DNA from: Callorhinchus milii
Lineage: Eukaryota
Assembly: GCF_018977255.1 (NCBI RefSeq)
Contig: NW_024704743.1
Coordinates: 108,192,001 to 108,256,000, forward strand
Direction of reading: 5' to 3'
Length of the DNA: 64,000 nt
A program made the translations under genes and the position numbers. Shown piece after piece: positions 25,589 through 39,222 of this stretch; position 1 is the first letter of the stretch; every line of letters begins with the position of its first letter. The notes under the pieces are model-generated. The model searched no databases, was not told where the DNA came from, and saw nothing but the letters and a program-made list of their open reading frames with translations.

Positions 25589-25862
25589 CTTAGTAACAAC
25601 AGGTGCTCCCCACCCATGATTTCCAGAAATCCAGTCCTGCTGAAAATTGAGAGTCTGTGAGTGTATTTAATGGAAGTTAAATGGTAGCCCATTTTATGGC
25701 AAATTGCATTTTACTCTCCACAAGCCTTAAAATTGCTTTAAAAATGTCGAAGGGGAACATGAACTGTATTTATAGCTGTCTATCACTGGTGCGAGGTGAA
25801 AGTGTACATAATCCAGCAGCTCAGCTTCTGCCTGACACTGATTATCTTCTCTTCTCTTCTAG

Positions 25863-26084
<222 letters not shown>

Positions 26085-26412
26085 TGAATAAAATAGAGAT
26101 GGAGTTTTTAAAATTGATATGCTATGCTGTATTTCCTCCTTATTCCAAGTTCCACAGGGGAGATGGCATACCATCTGCTTCCAGGTATCTTACATTCTGT
26201 GGTTGGTGTCACCTGCAGCCCCTTGTATTTTTCTCCCTTTTCCTGGGAGAAATGTGTGGCCTTCACCTGCCCCCTTCACATGACATTGCAGCAGGAGAAC
26301 AGAACACAACCTGTCACCGGTGTGAAGCGGAGCCTCCCATCCTGTGGGCTGAGTCTGCCAGCTTGTCCAGCAGTTTTCAATAACGAATGTGGTAGCAATC
26401 TAATAATTCTAG

Positions 26413-26832
26413 GTGTCTGACCTGTCTCAGTTTCTGGCACTCTTGCCTCTGAGTCTGAAATCTGTGGGTTCAAGCTCCATGATGGGGCTTTTGATCCCAT
26501 GTACGCCAATGCAGTGCTGGCTATGTGCCGCATTGTCAGAAGTGCCATTCTTCAATGGGACATTAAGCTGCCATCTGCCTGGACAGGAAAACATTAAAAG
26601 ATCCCATGGCACTTTTGAAAGTGAGAAGGGAATTTCTCACATGTCCTGGCCAACTTTGCCTTAGGTCGTATGGTTCATTGCACTTCATGATTGTTTGAGG
26701 TACTTTGCTGTGTGCAAATTGACTGTGGCATTCCCCTACAAAATTAGTCACTTCACTTTACAGTAAATCCTGAGAAGTGCTTTGAGACATTCTGCTGATG
26801 ATCTAATGACGTCAAATGCATTGATTATTTTA
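26413..26832 (+). mobile_element. DeuSINE-like SINE, near full length
   Basis: tRNA head (ctctgagtctgaaatctgtgggttcaag), body aaaagatcccatggcac...gtcctggccaa, L2-like tail. Confidence 0.75.
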
Positions 26833-27789
26833 TTTGTAATATTAACTTGAGCCAGGCTACAGAAGCAACATGATTATTTGCACCTAATTATTTTGTTCCG
26901 AGTATAAAATGAAGGATTTTTTTGCCTTCAGTTGCAGCTTTGCCTGATATTCGCAGATTCAGCAACCCAGTAGAAAACTACAGGGAAGTGAGATTCTGGC
27001 AAAAAAAATCCCAATTGTGCACAGGTGCAAGAATTTTCAAAACTGAGTGCTTGCGAAGTTACAAAGGAATTGATTTTCTCAACACAGTTCGGGTGAATTG
27101 TGGACCCAAGTCATATTTATAATTTTGTAATTCTGGTACAAGTTAGCAACTGGAATTTGTTGCCCTTAAGTGAGAAGGTGAGTGAGGTATGTAAGATCTT
27201 AATCAGGATTCAGAAACTAAACCCACAACAATATTTTCGGATGCACCAATATAAATAGAAATATAAATATTGATTGCCTTATAATCAAATAATAATAATC
27301 CTTGCAATTGATATGGAGCCTTATCATATTGGCGAGATGTCCCAAAGTGCTTCAAAGTATATATCGTAAAGTGGTGTTAAGGTGGCTTTATCCAGTTTGG
27401 GGAACAATATGGTATATGGTTTTACCTTTTTACCTATTTTATGTGTTGATATTTGGGGATTTATGACTGTGAACAAAGTGCACGTAAAGTTCAGCATTCT
27501 TACAGCTCGATTTTTTTTTCGCAACTCAACCAAACTTGTCAATAACACGTTAATGCAACCAGAAAGTAAATTCTTTCTCCCGTCACAGACAATACCAAAC
27601 CCCAGCTTGTTCCTTTATGGACCGCCCAGGCTATTTTTAGTGTATCCAAAGAATCTTTATGTTCAACTCAATGTTAATGTAATATAAGATTTTGCTTGAT
27701 CCTCTTTGCCCTCTTTCCTATCATTAGCCTTCGGACGTCCTCCCGACATGAAAGGTGCTATACAAATAGAATTTTGTTGTTGTGTAGGA

Positions 27790-29440
27790 CCTAAGCTCAC
27801 TTGCCCCAATGAAATCCAGAACATCTCTCATTCTTCTTGCTCCCCTGGTACAACAGCCACCTCAGTTCCCTCAAATCAGAGTCCTATGCTTTCTAATGCA
27901 GATGATACAAAACTCACGGTTCACCGCAAGATCTGGCTTGAACACTTCCGAACTTACCACCTTTCCCTGCAAAAAGCCCAAACAGAGTTTATTCCAATGC
28001 TATCCTAGAGGCTGAAAACAATTCCAAGCATTTGTTTTACAGCTCACATCACCTCCTTTGTGCCCCTACTCAAGCGCCCTCCATTCCTCACCTCTGATAT
28101 TAAATGTGAAGAGATCCTCGACTTTTTCTCATTATAAATAGACAACATCTGCTTCCTGCTTCCTCTTCTTGGATCAAGCCATCATTTCATCTCCTTTAAT
28201 GGTTTCTCCTCCCCACCCCCCAAGGTCACCTGTGGTGTCTGCAAGGTTCTATCTCAGCCCCCTCCTTTTTCTCATTTATATGCTCCATTTCGGCACTGTC
28301 ATCCACAGACAAGGAGTCAATTTCCACATGGATGCAGATGATACCAAATCTATTTTGCCTCCTCTAGTCACGATCCCAGACCTACCGATGTTCTGACTGT
28401 CTGCTTGTCTGACATCAACACTCGGATCAATGCCAACTTTCTATGGCTGAACATGGACAAGATGGAAGCCACCCTCCTTGCTCCGGTCAACGTCTTCTCA
28501 TCTGTGCTTCTGAACTCCTTAACCTTCCCTGTCTATCCCTCAGACTCATCAAACCTGTATGTAGAGTCCTGTAGAGTAGTGTTTATAGCGCTCGCCTTGC
28601 AAGCTGGAGAACCTGTGTTTGATTTACGGGCAGGACGAAATGTTAGTTTCCTTACTCCACCTGCCTCAGTTTACCAGCAGTAAATAGGAACCCAGTCACT
28701 TGTGGATTGGTGAATCACTTTTCACAGTGGGGGGAATAATTCCTTCAGGGAATAAAAATTCCTGTTTCGCCCACAAATATGCGATCAATTAACTTTACAG
28801 TATATTCTGCGAAGCACTTTGAGACGTATAGAAGACATGAAACGCGCTATATCAAATGCAAGGATTATTATTAAAAAAAAGAATTTGGTCACTCAATCCA
28901 TGACTGTTTGTGAGACACTATTGTGCGCAATTAGCTCATTCATGCTTTCATCATTTCACACGATTTTTCCAATGCACTTCTTGCCATCTCCCTAACTATT
29001 ATTAACAAGGTTAACTATTAACAAGGTGCAAATGATTCAAAACTCTGCTGCCCATGTCCTCATCCATACCGGGTTCTGCACTCATCAAGGTCCTGCCAGG
29101 CTCCACTGTCTTCCTGCTGCACTTTCAAATCTTTTCACACCCTGGCACCTCCCTACCTCTCCAACCTGCTCACACCCCACTCCTCTACCTGCCGCCTTTA
29201 CTTAGGACCTGTTGCATGTTCTTTGACCCCTCTGCTCCACAATTGGCTTTCAGCCAGTGTACCCGAAATCTCTGGAACTCCTTGCTTCAATTCTTCTGTC
29301 TTGCCCCCTCTCTGCCCATCTTCAAATCATGTATTTGGTAACCTCATTCTCCCCTCCCCACCCCTTTCCAGCTTGGCGTCAAGCCTCATTCTTAAGTGAA
29401 GCTACTCGTATGAAGGGTGATATACAAATGTAAGTTGTCA
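27790..29440 (+). mobile_element. Old, internally deleted L2 interrupted by SINEs at 28562-28935
   Basis: LSPLLFLIYML...GVNFHMDADDT and NFLWLNMDKMEA remnants; resumes after the SINE with IHAF...QNSAA and an L2 tail. Confidence 0.75.
28562..28875 (+). mobile_element. tRNA-Ala SINE, long subfamily
   Basis: gagtcctgtag head, ctcgccttgcaagc anticodon arm, gtttccttactccacctgcctcagtttaccagcagtaaataggaaccc box, TAGAA-loop tail. Confidence 0.8.
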
Positions 29441-32400
29441 TTAGTGTTATTCACTGAAGTCCTGACTAAATGTTTTCCCCTTATTGGCGACTCTGTCACA
29501 ATATATTGGTGTCTGTATGCCTCTGTGTGTCAGTGTCCATGTGCCTCCGTGTCAGTGTCTATATGGCTCTGTGAGCCAAAACCATGAAAGGATTTTGAAA
29601 TTCTGGCTGAGGATAATAGAGAATAGTATAACTAGTATATACTTTATAAAATATAAAGAATAGTATAAAGATCAGGAACTGAGGTTTGATACATTTATAA
29701 AGAAATAACAGGCATCTCATTTCTTTTCTGTCTCTACGTGTTCAATGAAAAGTATGAGTTTATTTCTCGTTCCTACAGATTGTAGCTGGGGTTGTTCCAA
29801 ATTAATCAAGAAAAAACGTAAATTACATTTTCTCAGCATCACCATGAATATATTGTCATAATACCATACACTACAAAAAGACAGCTCACCAGTTTGATGG
29901 AATTAATACAAGCAACTTAAGTGGTTTTCTGTTAGTTGGCTGCACATTCCCAGTTGAGTGCCAGGATATCGCCCCTGGAGCAAGCCGCTGAATTTCCTAG
30001 CACTCCATTTATGGCGTATGCTTGTCAATCAGTAATTTTCATTGTTCCATCATTTTGCTATATTCTGCCATAAACTGCAAAGGCACTGCCAGATTGATCA
30101 AGACATATTCACCTACAAAACACAGGCTCTCCACTTTACAGCACATCCTGTGAAGCATTTTGAGACATCGTCTTAACTTGAAAGTCACTATATCAAATGC
30201 AAGGATAATTATTTTTATATATTTGTTTCAGCAGTTCAAGAAAACAACCAGTGACATTACAATATTCAGGAATATTGTAGTTTGAGCATTGTTGTGTTTT
30301 GGTACAACTTTAGTTCTTCACCGATCTTCCTATCATTTGGTTAACCTGTCTGAACATTCCTGTCCCACATAAATTGTAATCATGCTCAGCCTAAAGCAAA
30401 GCTAGTCAGGAGTAATAAGCAAATTGACACAATGTAAGGCACTCATTTACAGCATTATAATGATGTTAGCTGATCAGGTCTTTATCAGGTCACATTGGTG
30501 TAATGTCGCAGTTGCACACGCCCACACTACACTTTACAGTAGAATCCTGTGTTGGAGCTTTGAGAAGTCTCAATGGAGTGATGAAAATATCAAATGCAAT
30601 ATATTCCTGTATAGAGCTGAATTTTTTTACCATTTTGATGAGGATTTGATACTGGTAATTTTAAAATGGAGTGGGGTCTGTAATTGTCTTTCTTTGGCAT
30701 AAAAAGATTACAGCAGTATGCCGATTATCCTCACACCAAATAACTGCATGTCTATTTATCCCCTTGCATTTCTCAAGTGTGCGTTGGACATGGGGCTGGG
30801 ATGCCAGCAGAAAGAAAAATCGGTGTTAGGCTGAGCGCATACCCTCAGTTGCTAAAGGCATAATCTGATTGCTCTTAATAGTTCTCAGAAACTTTGTAAA
30901 ATACAGTAGTACAAACGGATTTTAGTCATTACTGAAGTCAATTTGTATTTTACATAATGTCCGATTATCTGCATTGTTTGCTTATCCACATAGGGTGTCG
31001 GTCCCAATTAGTGTGGGTAATCAGTTATCCACTATAATATGAATGGTTATTCTAAGACAATAACTGAGGCATTCTCGTTCATGATCAGGTCTCCAGAGAT
31101 TCCAGGCCAAATGACTACTTGATTTATCATCCCCTGGGATCAGCCTGGTTTCTTTTAGTAACCAGGTCCTTAACTCTTTTCCTGTCTCGCTCATTATTGC
31201 CACTGGGTTAGAGCAATTAAATTCAAATTAAAACCTTTCTAAAATATCTTTCAATGATAAATGTCCTGCTGTGAAACCAGAGTAAATAATAATATTAATA
31301 ATTGTTGCATTTTGGAATGAATTGGAAAAGAAAATTACCGTGCAGACAAATAGCAAATACATTTTCATTTGGGGGGCTGTATCTGCTGAAGGATATATTT
31401 CACCTTTGATGCTGAATGGAAAATGGTTTCATCACCTGAAAGTGTGTTTTTTGGGATGTAGCCTCAGGATGTGTTGAAATTGGTTCTTGATAGCTTCCAG
31501 AAATACTGGGTACATTAATAGCATCCCTCATATTGTATGGCAGGCCTATTTCATTTTAATTGTTCCAACCTGATATGCCAAGGGTTAGAAAAAAGTGCGC
31601 ATGCATTTGTGCATACAGTTGCCCAGCATTACAGGCTGTATCCAAATTAATATTGTGTGCAGTAATCGGATTGTTTGTTTTCTTTAACTCTCTGTCTGCT
31701 GCAGTTAGCATGTGATCACTCAACATTTCACTTAATGCAAGCAGATGTATAATGCATGGGTCTATATTAACATACAGTGTTAGAGCAATGCAGTGTTATA
31801 GCAAAGTGTGACGTTGAACACCTTGCATAGAAGAATGGTGGATTGCAGAACAATCTCTGTACAAGTAACAATGTAGTTGTGGTGTAGTTAATACATACAC
31901 AACATTCTGGCTACATCCAAAAACTACATGCTTCCAGTGATTTCTGTAGCATTACAGAAATTCCCTTCCATTTTTGAATTGTATCAGGGGATCTTTAACT
32001 TTCACCTGAACAGGCAGACGGCCTCGGTTTAATGCATCATCCAAAGGACAGTAATTCCAGCAATGCAACACTACCCCAGCACTGCACTGGAGTGACATTT
32101 GGTGTAATTGAGTTCAAAGTTCCAACATGAGACTGGAACCTACAGCAAACTCAGAGGCGAGAGTGCTACCAATTGAGCCAGGCTGATATCTGAGATGAGA
32201 CATATTAAAGAGCAAACACTGGAAGCACAGAAGGAGTAACACTACACACATAAGAAAATTAGTTCAGTATATCCTAACAATTGTCAGAATATGAGAACAT
32301 AAGAACAGACTCCTGCCTGCTCATTGCAGTGCCATACCCATTGAAAGTCTATATCTTGGACTCTTCTGATGTCCACAGATAGCCAGGACCTCGGTTTAAT

Positions 32401-33844
32401 GCCTCATCTGTAGGATAGCATCTCTAGCAATGCAGCTCTTCCTAGCACTGGACTGTAGTGTCAGCCTGGTCTGTGAGTTGAGTGTCCCACTGTGGGACTT
32501 AAACCCAACATTTTCTGACTCGGAAACAAGAGTGCTACTGTGGGAATGTAAAAGGACTAAAACACGTAAATTACAGAGTGTCTCAACAATGATAAGATTA
32601 GAGTTGTTTTTGAGCAAAAGCTGTAGATAATTAGAGCAGAACCAGTGTCCTTGTACTGTCTGCAAATGTATAATCAAGCTTGTAATGATTGAATGCTTGT
32701 CAATCAACAGCAACAATTGTTTGAGACACAAGTTAAGCATGAGGTGATTGCAAATAATCATGTATATAAACTAATGGGATTGCCCCATTGGTAGAGGGAG
32801 AGTACCGACTCTTCTGAGAGACGTGCTATTGTATTGCCTCTCGCTTTCCCTCTCCTTGCTGCAAGTATTTGAATGAACTATATTTCTGAGCTAACTCTGT
32901 TTGTGGGTGTTCGTTTAATCCTAGCTATAGCGACTACATCCTGGGTTCGACACTACCACTGAGACAGACAGACACCTTAACTTGAAGCTGAATGTGACCT
33001 GATGCTTCCAGTAATTATAAAAATGTCAACAAAGTGCATCACCCCTAACTAGCTCCTACCCCAGACAAGCTAGCTGAGATTGGAAACATCTTAAAAATAA
33101 CAGGCATGAAACTCCGTAATGTGGGTCCATTGGTACCTCGATACATCACACACAATGGTGCTGCAGATGATTAATCAGTTACCAAATGGCATTTTGCAGT
33201 GATAAAGCTCTTATGCTCACTGGGTGCTCATTAGCTGCTACTTTGGATCATCCATGGCACAAGGTAGCTGCTTTTAGCCTTTGTCTTTGGGAGCAGACTA
33301 ACTGCCCAAGAGGACGATTCTCAAATCTTTAAGCACAATGAACCTGGTAAAGTATGCTATTTTAATAATATAATAATCCTTGCATTTGATATAGCACATT
33401 ATCACGTCTTCAAGATGTCTGTAATATAAAGTGTAATAAAGTGAATTGACTGTATATTTTGTGGGTGAAATTTTAGCCCATTCTTAGCCTCTCTCTCTTA
33501 TGGGTGATATCAATGATTCCTTCTTGTTGTCAGTGATGTTTAAAGATGCTAATATTTTGCTCCAGTCAGTGTCGTGAGTAAATTCAGACTGTGGGTGGTT
33601 ATACTTTTGACAAAATATAAATCTTTGTTTATTAGTTTATTTTTAGACTAACCGTGTTATTGTCTGTAATTTGCCGAGGTTAGTAGAGAGCTGAATTTGG
33701 GGTAGGTTGGGGGAATTGCAATCCTTTGTGTATACGCTCTGATTTATGCTTCAAAATCTTGGTACCAATACGTTTTTATAATATTAATGTGACTGTTCTT
33801 CATGCCATGGTCTCATTTTCTGTTTCCTTTTGTTATGTGTCTAG

Positions 33845-33940
<96 letters not shown>

Positions 33941-34345
33941 TAAAGCAGACTTCATACACCAAAGCTCAGCTGGCGCTCAGGCAGCCTGCAAAAGGCTTTG
34001 GAGTAAATCGGGGCTTATTATATGAGTCGGGTAAACCATGTGCGCGTGGAGGGAAAAAATAATGTGACTTTGATTCTAAAATTAATGATCAGAAGAAACG
34101 ATTACACATCATGTAATAGTTTTCATTGATTGATAGTTGTGCAATGAAGGGTACCTCTAAATCCATCTGCAAACCCTGAACTGTTCATTGCCTTAGAGAC
34201 ATCCTTTTGATGTGAAAGGCGCTATATAAATGTAAATTTGTATCGTCTTTATTTATTTATAGAAATAAAGGTATTTGTTTCGCCCACAAAATACACAGTC
34301 AATCCACTCTACAGTATATCCTGTGAAGCACTTTGAGACATCTCG

Positions 34346-34597
34346 ATAATAATAATAATTCTTTCATTTGATATAGCACCTTTTTATGTGTTCTAGACGC
34401 CTCAAAGCACTTCACGGAATACACTGTAAAGTGAATTGACAGTATATTTGTGGGCGAAATGCGGCAGACAATTGCGCACAGCAGTGTCCCACAAACAGTC
34501 GTGGATTGAGTGACCAATTTATTATTTTTATTTTATTTCTTGAGGGATTATTATCAGACGTGTCGAGTAAGGAAGCTTGCCTAAGGTTTCGCCCTGT
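34346..34597 (-). mobile_element. tRNA-Ala SINE lacking the tRNA head
   Basis: (TAA)n tail at 34346; body runs to ctaaggtttcgccctg at ~34597; begins ~420 bp after exon 3. Confidence 0.85.
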
Positions 34598-36861
34598 CTC
34601 GATGACATGAGATGCAATATATATGTATAATAATAATAACAAAAATAATAATTTGGTCACTCAATCCACGACTACTTTATTGTATTGTGTGCATGGTTTA
34701 CATATGGCTTATACAATAGATCCCAATGATAAATTCATGACTTCCCGCCCCCCAAACCAAGTTCCCTTAAATGAATTGTTAGCAACATTTGCTTTCACCT
34801 TTCCCTTCATTTGCTTTACATGAGAATTCTGACTGTCCACCTGGCAGCAATTGTCCCTGCAACTCAGTTGCCATGACAATATCTTGTCATTTCTTGTAGC
34901 TTCTTAACTACTTTAACCTTTCCGTTCTATAAGTGAATGTGAGAAAGCTCCAGTTTTTGTTCTTTACAAACCCGTAGTGTTTGGCAAAAAAAAATCAGCT
35001 GTGAGCACAAAATACAATGTTAGATAATGATCTGGGAATAACGAATAATTCCATGTCTTTTATTAATTGCAAAGAATCTTCAATAGAAAGTACTTTGCAT
35101 TGTCTGAGGTATCGGTGTCTAAGGATTCAAGGTGACCTGTTTTATATAATTGGAAATCTTAGCTTCCAGTCAACAAATTCAGTCTTTATTGCCTGGTAAC
35201 AGTGATCCTCTGGAACAGAAATGTCTCGGTAGAAATAAAGATATGCCTCACTTTAGTTTTAGCGTTCAGCAGCGTTGAGTGCATCTTGTAGCCCTGTGTA
35301 AACCGAGTGCAGTCATTACTCTACGGTCACTTTAAATTAAACTGCAATTTTGTGACATGCTATTTCAACTGTTGTATTATTACACTTTTAACTGGCACAT
35401 TGTCAAGGAGGAAACGAACACGCTGCACCACATTACTATCCTATGTTACCATATATTAGAGAATAGCAGCAATCAATAGTTGTGGAATTTGAAACACGCA
35501 CAATTCATAATCTGAATACTGCGGTAATCCTTTGATAATGGAGTTTAAAACATGCTGTCAGATTAAATTGGTCACTCACTTCATGGCTGTTTATGGGATA
35601 TTGTTATGCGCATATTGATTGCCATTTTCGCTACAAATACAATACAAAATTGCATTTGTACAGAGCCTTTCGCGTCGGGAGGATGTCCCAAGATGCTGGA
35701 CAGTCACGGATTTGGACCCAAGCAGGGGGGTTGGGATCAGGGAGGGTGGAGGCCAGGGAGGGTAGCTCGACACTTCACAATAAAAATCCTGCGAATTGCT
35801 TTGTAACGTCCCGATGACATGACAGGGCGCTATTTCAAGAGTAAGGATTATTGTTATTAATTGGAATCTCGCACAGTGACTCGTGCCGCTTACCGGAAGT
35901 GTATCATGGTGACCCGTGCAAAATCTCCCTCAGAAATGAATTGTGTCGGAGTGGAGTTGCCGCAGGTCAGTGTGTTGCACTTCTAGTTACTGCAGAAGGC
36001 AGTATTAGCCACTCCAGTTAGGAATACAGGTGAGCGCTACATATCTTTAAATTGCAATAGGGCTAAGAAAGAAAGTTGACAAATTTGTTTGCAGAAAATC
36101 TTCAAAAGCATCACACGTTACCTGTGTGAAGGCTGCTATATAAATGCATGTTGTTGTTGGTTAGTCATGCAGTTTGTCTCCAGCTGCTTGTTTAAACTGG
36201 CAGTAGGTATTAGGGAAATATTTTATACAGGTACAACACTAAGTTGGGGAGGCAGAGAAAGAGAGAGAAACATACAAACACACACAAAGCGAGAGTGAGG
36301 GATTTGCACATATATTGAGAGAGACGTGTATACTAGGCACATATAAACACACAGGAGAGAGATACACATACATAAACAGAGAGACCACACAGGTTAGAAG
36401 TATTACAGTGGTTGGGGAGGAAGAAAACAAATGCTGGCATTGTGTGGTGTTATAGTAACAGTATAACTCCTAATGGAAGGAATTTTGCTGAGTACGATAT
36501 ATTGTATTTCACGTACACTGTTTTCACATCCACAATAAAGCCAACCCCAATTATTAGGTATATTGTGCAATCTACTGTATGGCATTTTGCACAATGGTGT
36601 CATTCATCATTTGGCCTTTGCTCATGGGACTTTTCTGACACATGAGCAATGGCACCTTAAACACAACTGGGTTTTATTTCTTCAGTGTTTACTCAATTAT
36701 CTAAAAATGTACACAGGAATCGTAGATTACACAGGGCAAGATAAAGAACATTGCAAAACCAGGAGAAAAATAATCCTACCCTCATTCGCTGATCCATTTC
36801 TTTGCCAAATAGTTATGTAAATGCCACTTGAATTTGCTGAAATAATTGGCCATGTCACTAT

Positions 36862-37150
36862 TAATAATAATAATGATAACAATGATAATCCTTGCATTTG
36901 ATATAGCACCTTATCACGTCTTCTAGACGTCTCAAAGAACATCACAGAATATACTGTAAAGTGAATTGACTATGTCTGGTGGGCAAAACGCGGCAGCCAA
37001 TTGAGCTCAGCAGTGTCCCACAAACAGTGTCCAAATTCTTCTTATTTTTTTTGGAAGGAATTATTACTCCTGGAAAAGCGATCCACCAATCGACTAACGA
37101 CTGGGTTCCTACTTAATGCTAGGTAAACAGAGGGTGTAGAGTAAGGAATT
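36862..37150 (-). mobile_element. tRNA-Ala SINE, long subfamily, headless
   Basis: Tail, body and the long-subfamily segment (ggaaaagcgatccaccaatcgactaacgactgggttcctacttaatgctaggtaaacagagg). Confidence 0.8.
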
Positions 37151-38454
37151 CCATATATTCAACACACTCTGTATAAAGTACTTACATTTGAATTGTATTC
37201 ATTTTCTTTCATTTGAGCTTGAGTCCACAAAGTATTTTTTGGCTAACATTGGTCTCTACAATGGGGTAGAAATTCCACCGGGGCTCAATTTGCTTGATTT
37301 TCTTATCATTTCAGAGCGTTCTGAGTTTGGTAAATTCTCAAATGCAAGTCTTTAATTTTGAAGCTGATTTTTTGGACGTTCCTTTGAAGAGCTACAGACC
37401 AGCTTTATATTCAACAATTAGTCAAATTCGGGAATCTCTGAAATGAAGTACCTCTAGACCCAGGTGGTTTGCATTCAGAAATTCCTAAACTATTGAATAG
37501 GAAGCCATTCTCAGTGCCGACATCTTTCTATGTTTCTGTCTATGTAACTGATGCTGACCACTTGTCTTCCGACTGGTGGGTTTGTGGTTTTTTGTAATTA
37601 AAAACTTAAAGCAGAGTAAGAAACTACAATTTAGCCAACTTCATATATTAGACCCCAATGCGTATTTCCACTTTGATATTTAATATTGGCCATGAAATGT
37701 AGTCTTGACAGTTTTTAGATATCTCAGGCTCCCTTAAGGAGAACTGCAGAGAACTGTGTTTTCCAAATTAACACCATATTAATTTTTTTTAAATCAAAAT
37801 TCACGTCTCCTTATATTTTAATGCAATGATCTTAAAGGTAAGACCATGAGAAATTTTGGGCCTCTTATGTCAACAACAACAACAACTTGCATTTATATAT
37901 TGCCCTTCACGCAGGATAGTGTTGCCATAGTGTCAACGTGGAAGGAAGAAAATTCCAGCTGATATTTACAGTTAGCAAACAAACAGACTTGAATGAAACA
38001 AAACTAAAAGTATATCCGGCTCCTATAGACCTTTTAGTGCTGCTTGCGCTTGCACCTGAGGGATGATGTGGTTGGTTTATGGTGAGAGCATTCTGAATTA
38101 TTCAACATGAAATTGTTGGATGGTTGGTTGATGCGGAAAAAGCTCTGTGGTATTTTGAAAATTCCGGTCAGAGGTGGTGGAATTTGCGAGATGAATGATG
38201 CCACTTGGTTTGAATAATTCAAAGCGAAAGGGATGTGTAAATTAGTGAGGTGAGACTGACTGTTTGGACATGTGGTATGGGATTAAAATGCCTCTATATT
38301 ATTAAAGACAATAGGTGTTGGCACTTGAGGAGGTGTCAATAACCAATAGGTACATTAGAGCTTTGGAAGAGCATGATTTGGATCTTCTTTTGGGAACAGG
38401 GTTAAAATTTACAATAAAGCTGGTCACTAAGTGGGGTAATATTTTTTTAACGAT

Positions 38455-38826
38455 AATTCTTTCATTTGATATTAGCACCTTTCACATGAGGAGGAAGTCT
38501 TAAAGCAGGATTTATTGCATTGTGCAGTGACTGTGTTGAAGGCAAACCTGGCAGCCAATTTACACATAGGAATCCCCCACAAATAGACATGAAGTAAATG
38601 AACAATTTTATCTGGCCAGGACACTGGGGAAACTCCCTTATCTTTTTGAGTAGTGCCATGGGAATGTTAAGGTTCACCTCAACAGACAGATGGGAACTTG
38701 GTTCAACACATTGGGGGATTATTATCAGGCGTGTGGAGTAAAGAAACTTGCCCATGGTTTCGCCCTGCCGGGAATCAAAACCAGGTCTCTAGCTTGCGAA
38801 GCGAGTGCTACAGGCTATATGACTCC
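38455..38826 (-). mobile_element. Chimeric SINE: tRNA-Ala head joined to a long DeuSINE-like body
   Basis: 38713-38826 matches the Ala-SINE 5' end; 38455-38712 matches the DeuSINE-like body (cccatggcactactcaaaaag...gtgtcctggcca) on the same strand. Confidence 0.7.
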
Positions 38827-39190
38827 GATATAAACTGTATTGTATAAATATTCAGTATAGTGGATAAAAAAGTAAAGCAGACAAACTGAAGCTGGTAATG
38901 TTCTTGGCTTTTTGTTTCTTCTTTGTCATTTTGAAATAATTTGTGATCATGACTTTCAATACATTAATTACAAGCCAGTGTTGGTCTCACTTTACAGCAC
39001 TATTCATGGCGCCAGGCTGACTTCACAGATAAAAGTTAACCTCTATTCCAATTCCGTTTAGCCACCATAAATGGGGACAATTTCACACAATACCTGGCTA
39101 TTCTCTTTTCAAACATCTCCATTTATGCTGTGTGGAGCTAGCTGCTAAGAAGTAAACAAAGCCCTCGCAATGGCTTAAATACACTACTGG

Positions 39191-39222
<32 letters not shown>

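Noticed and set aside
34867..34880. RFX X-box-like motif GTTGCCATGACAAT
   Set aside because: The second half-site is imperfect; a single short motif cannot be supported without conservation data.
38060..38450. Possible Penelope-like retroelement remnant (minus strand)
   Set aside because: Only a faint peptide resemblance (RKFHHL...ELFP) interrupted by stops; too degraded to call without a profile search.
38943..38990. Possible NKAIN exon 4 (reads VIMTFNTLITSQCWS, reminiscent of MTFN.S.HRSWW)
   Set aside because: There is no suitable AG acceptor just upstream and the HRSWW...GPGC motif is absent. This is probably chance; exon 4 was not found in the window.
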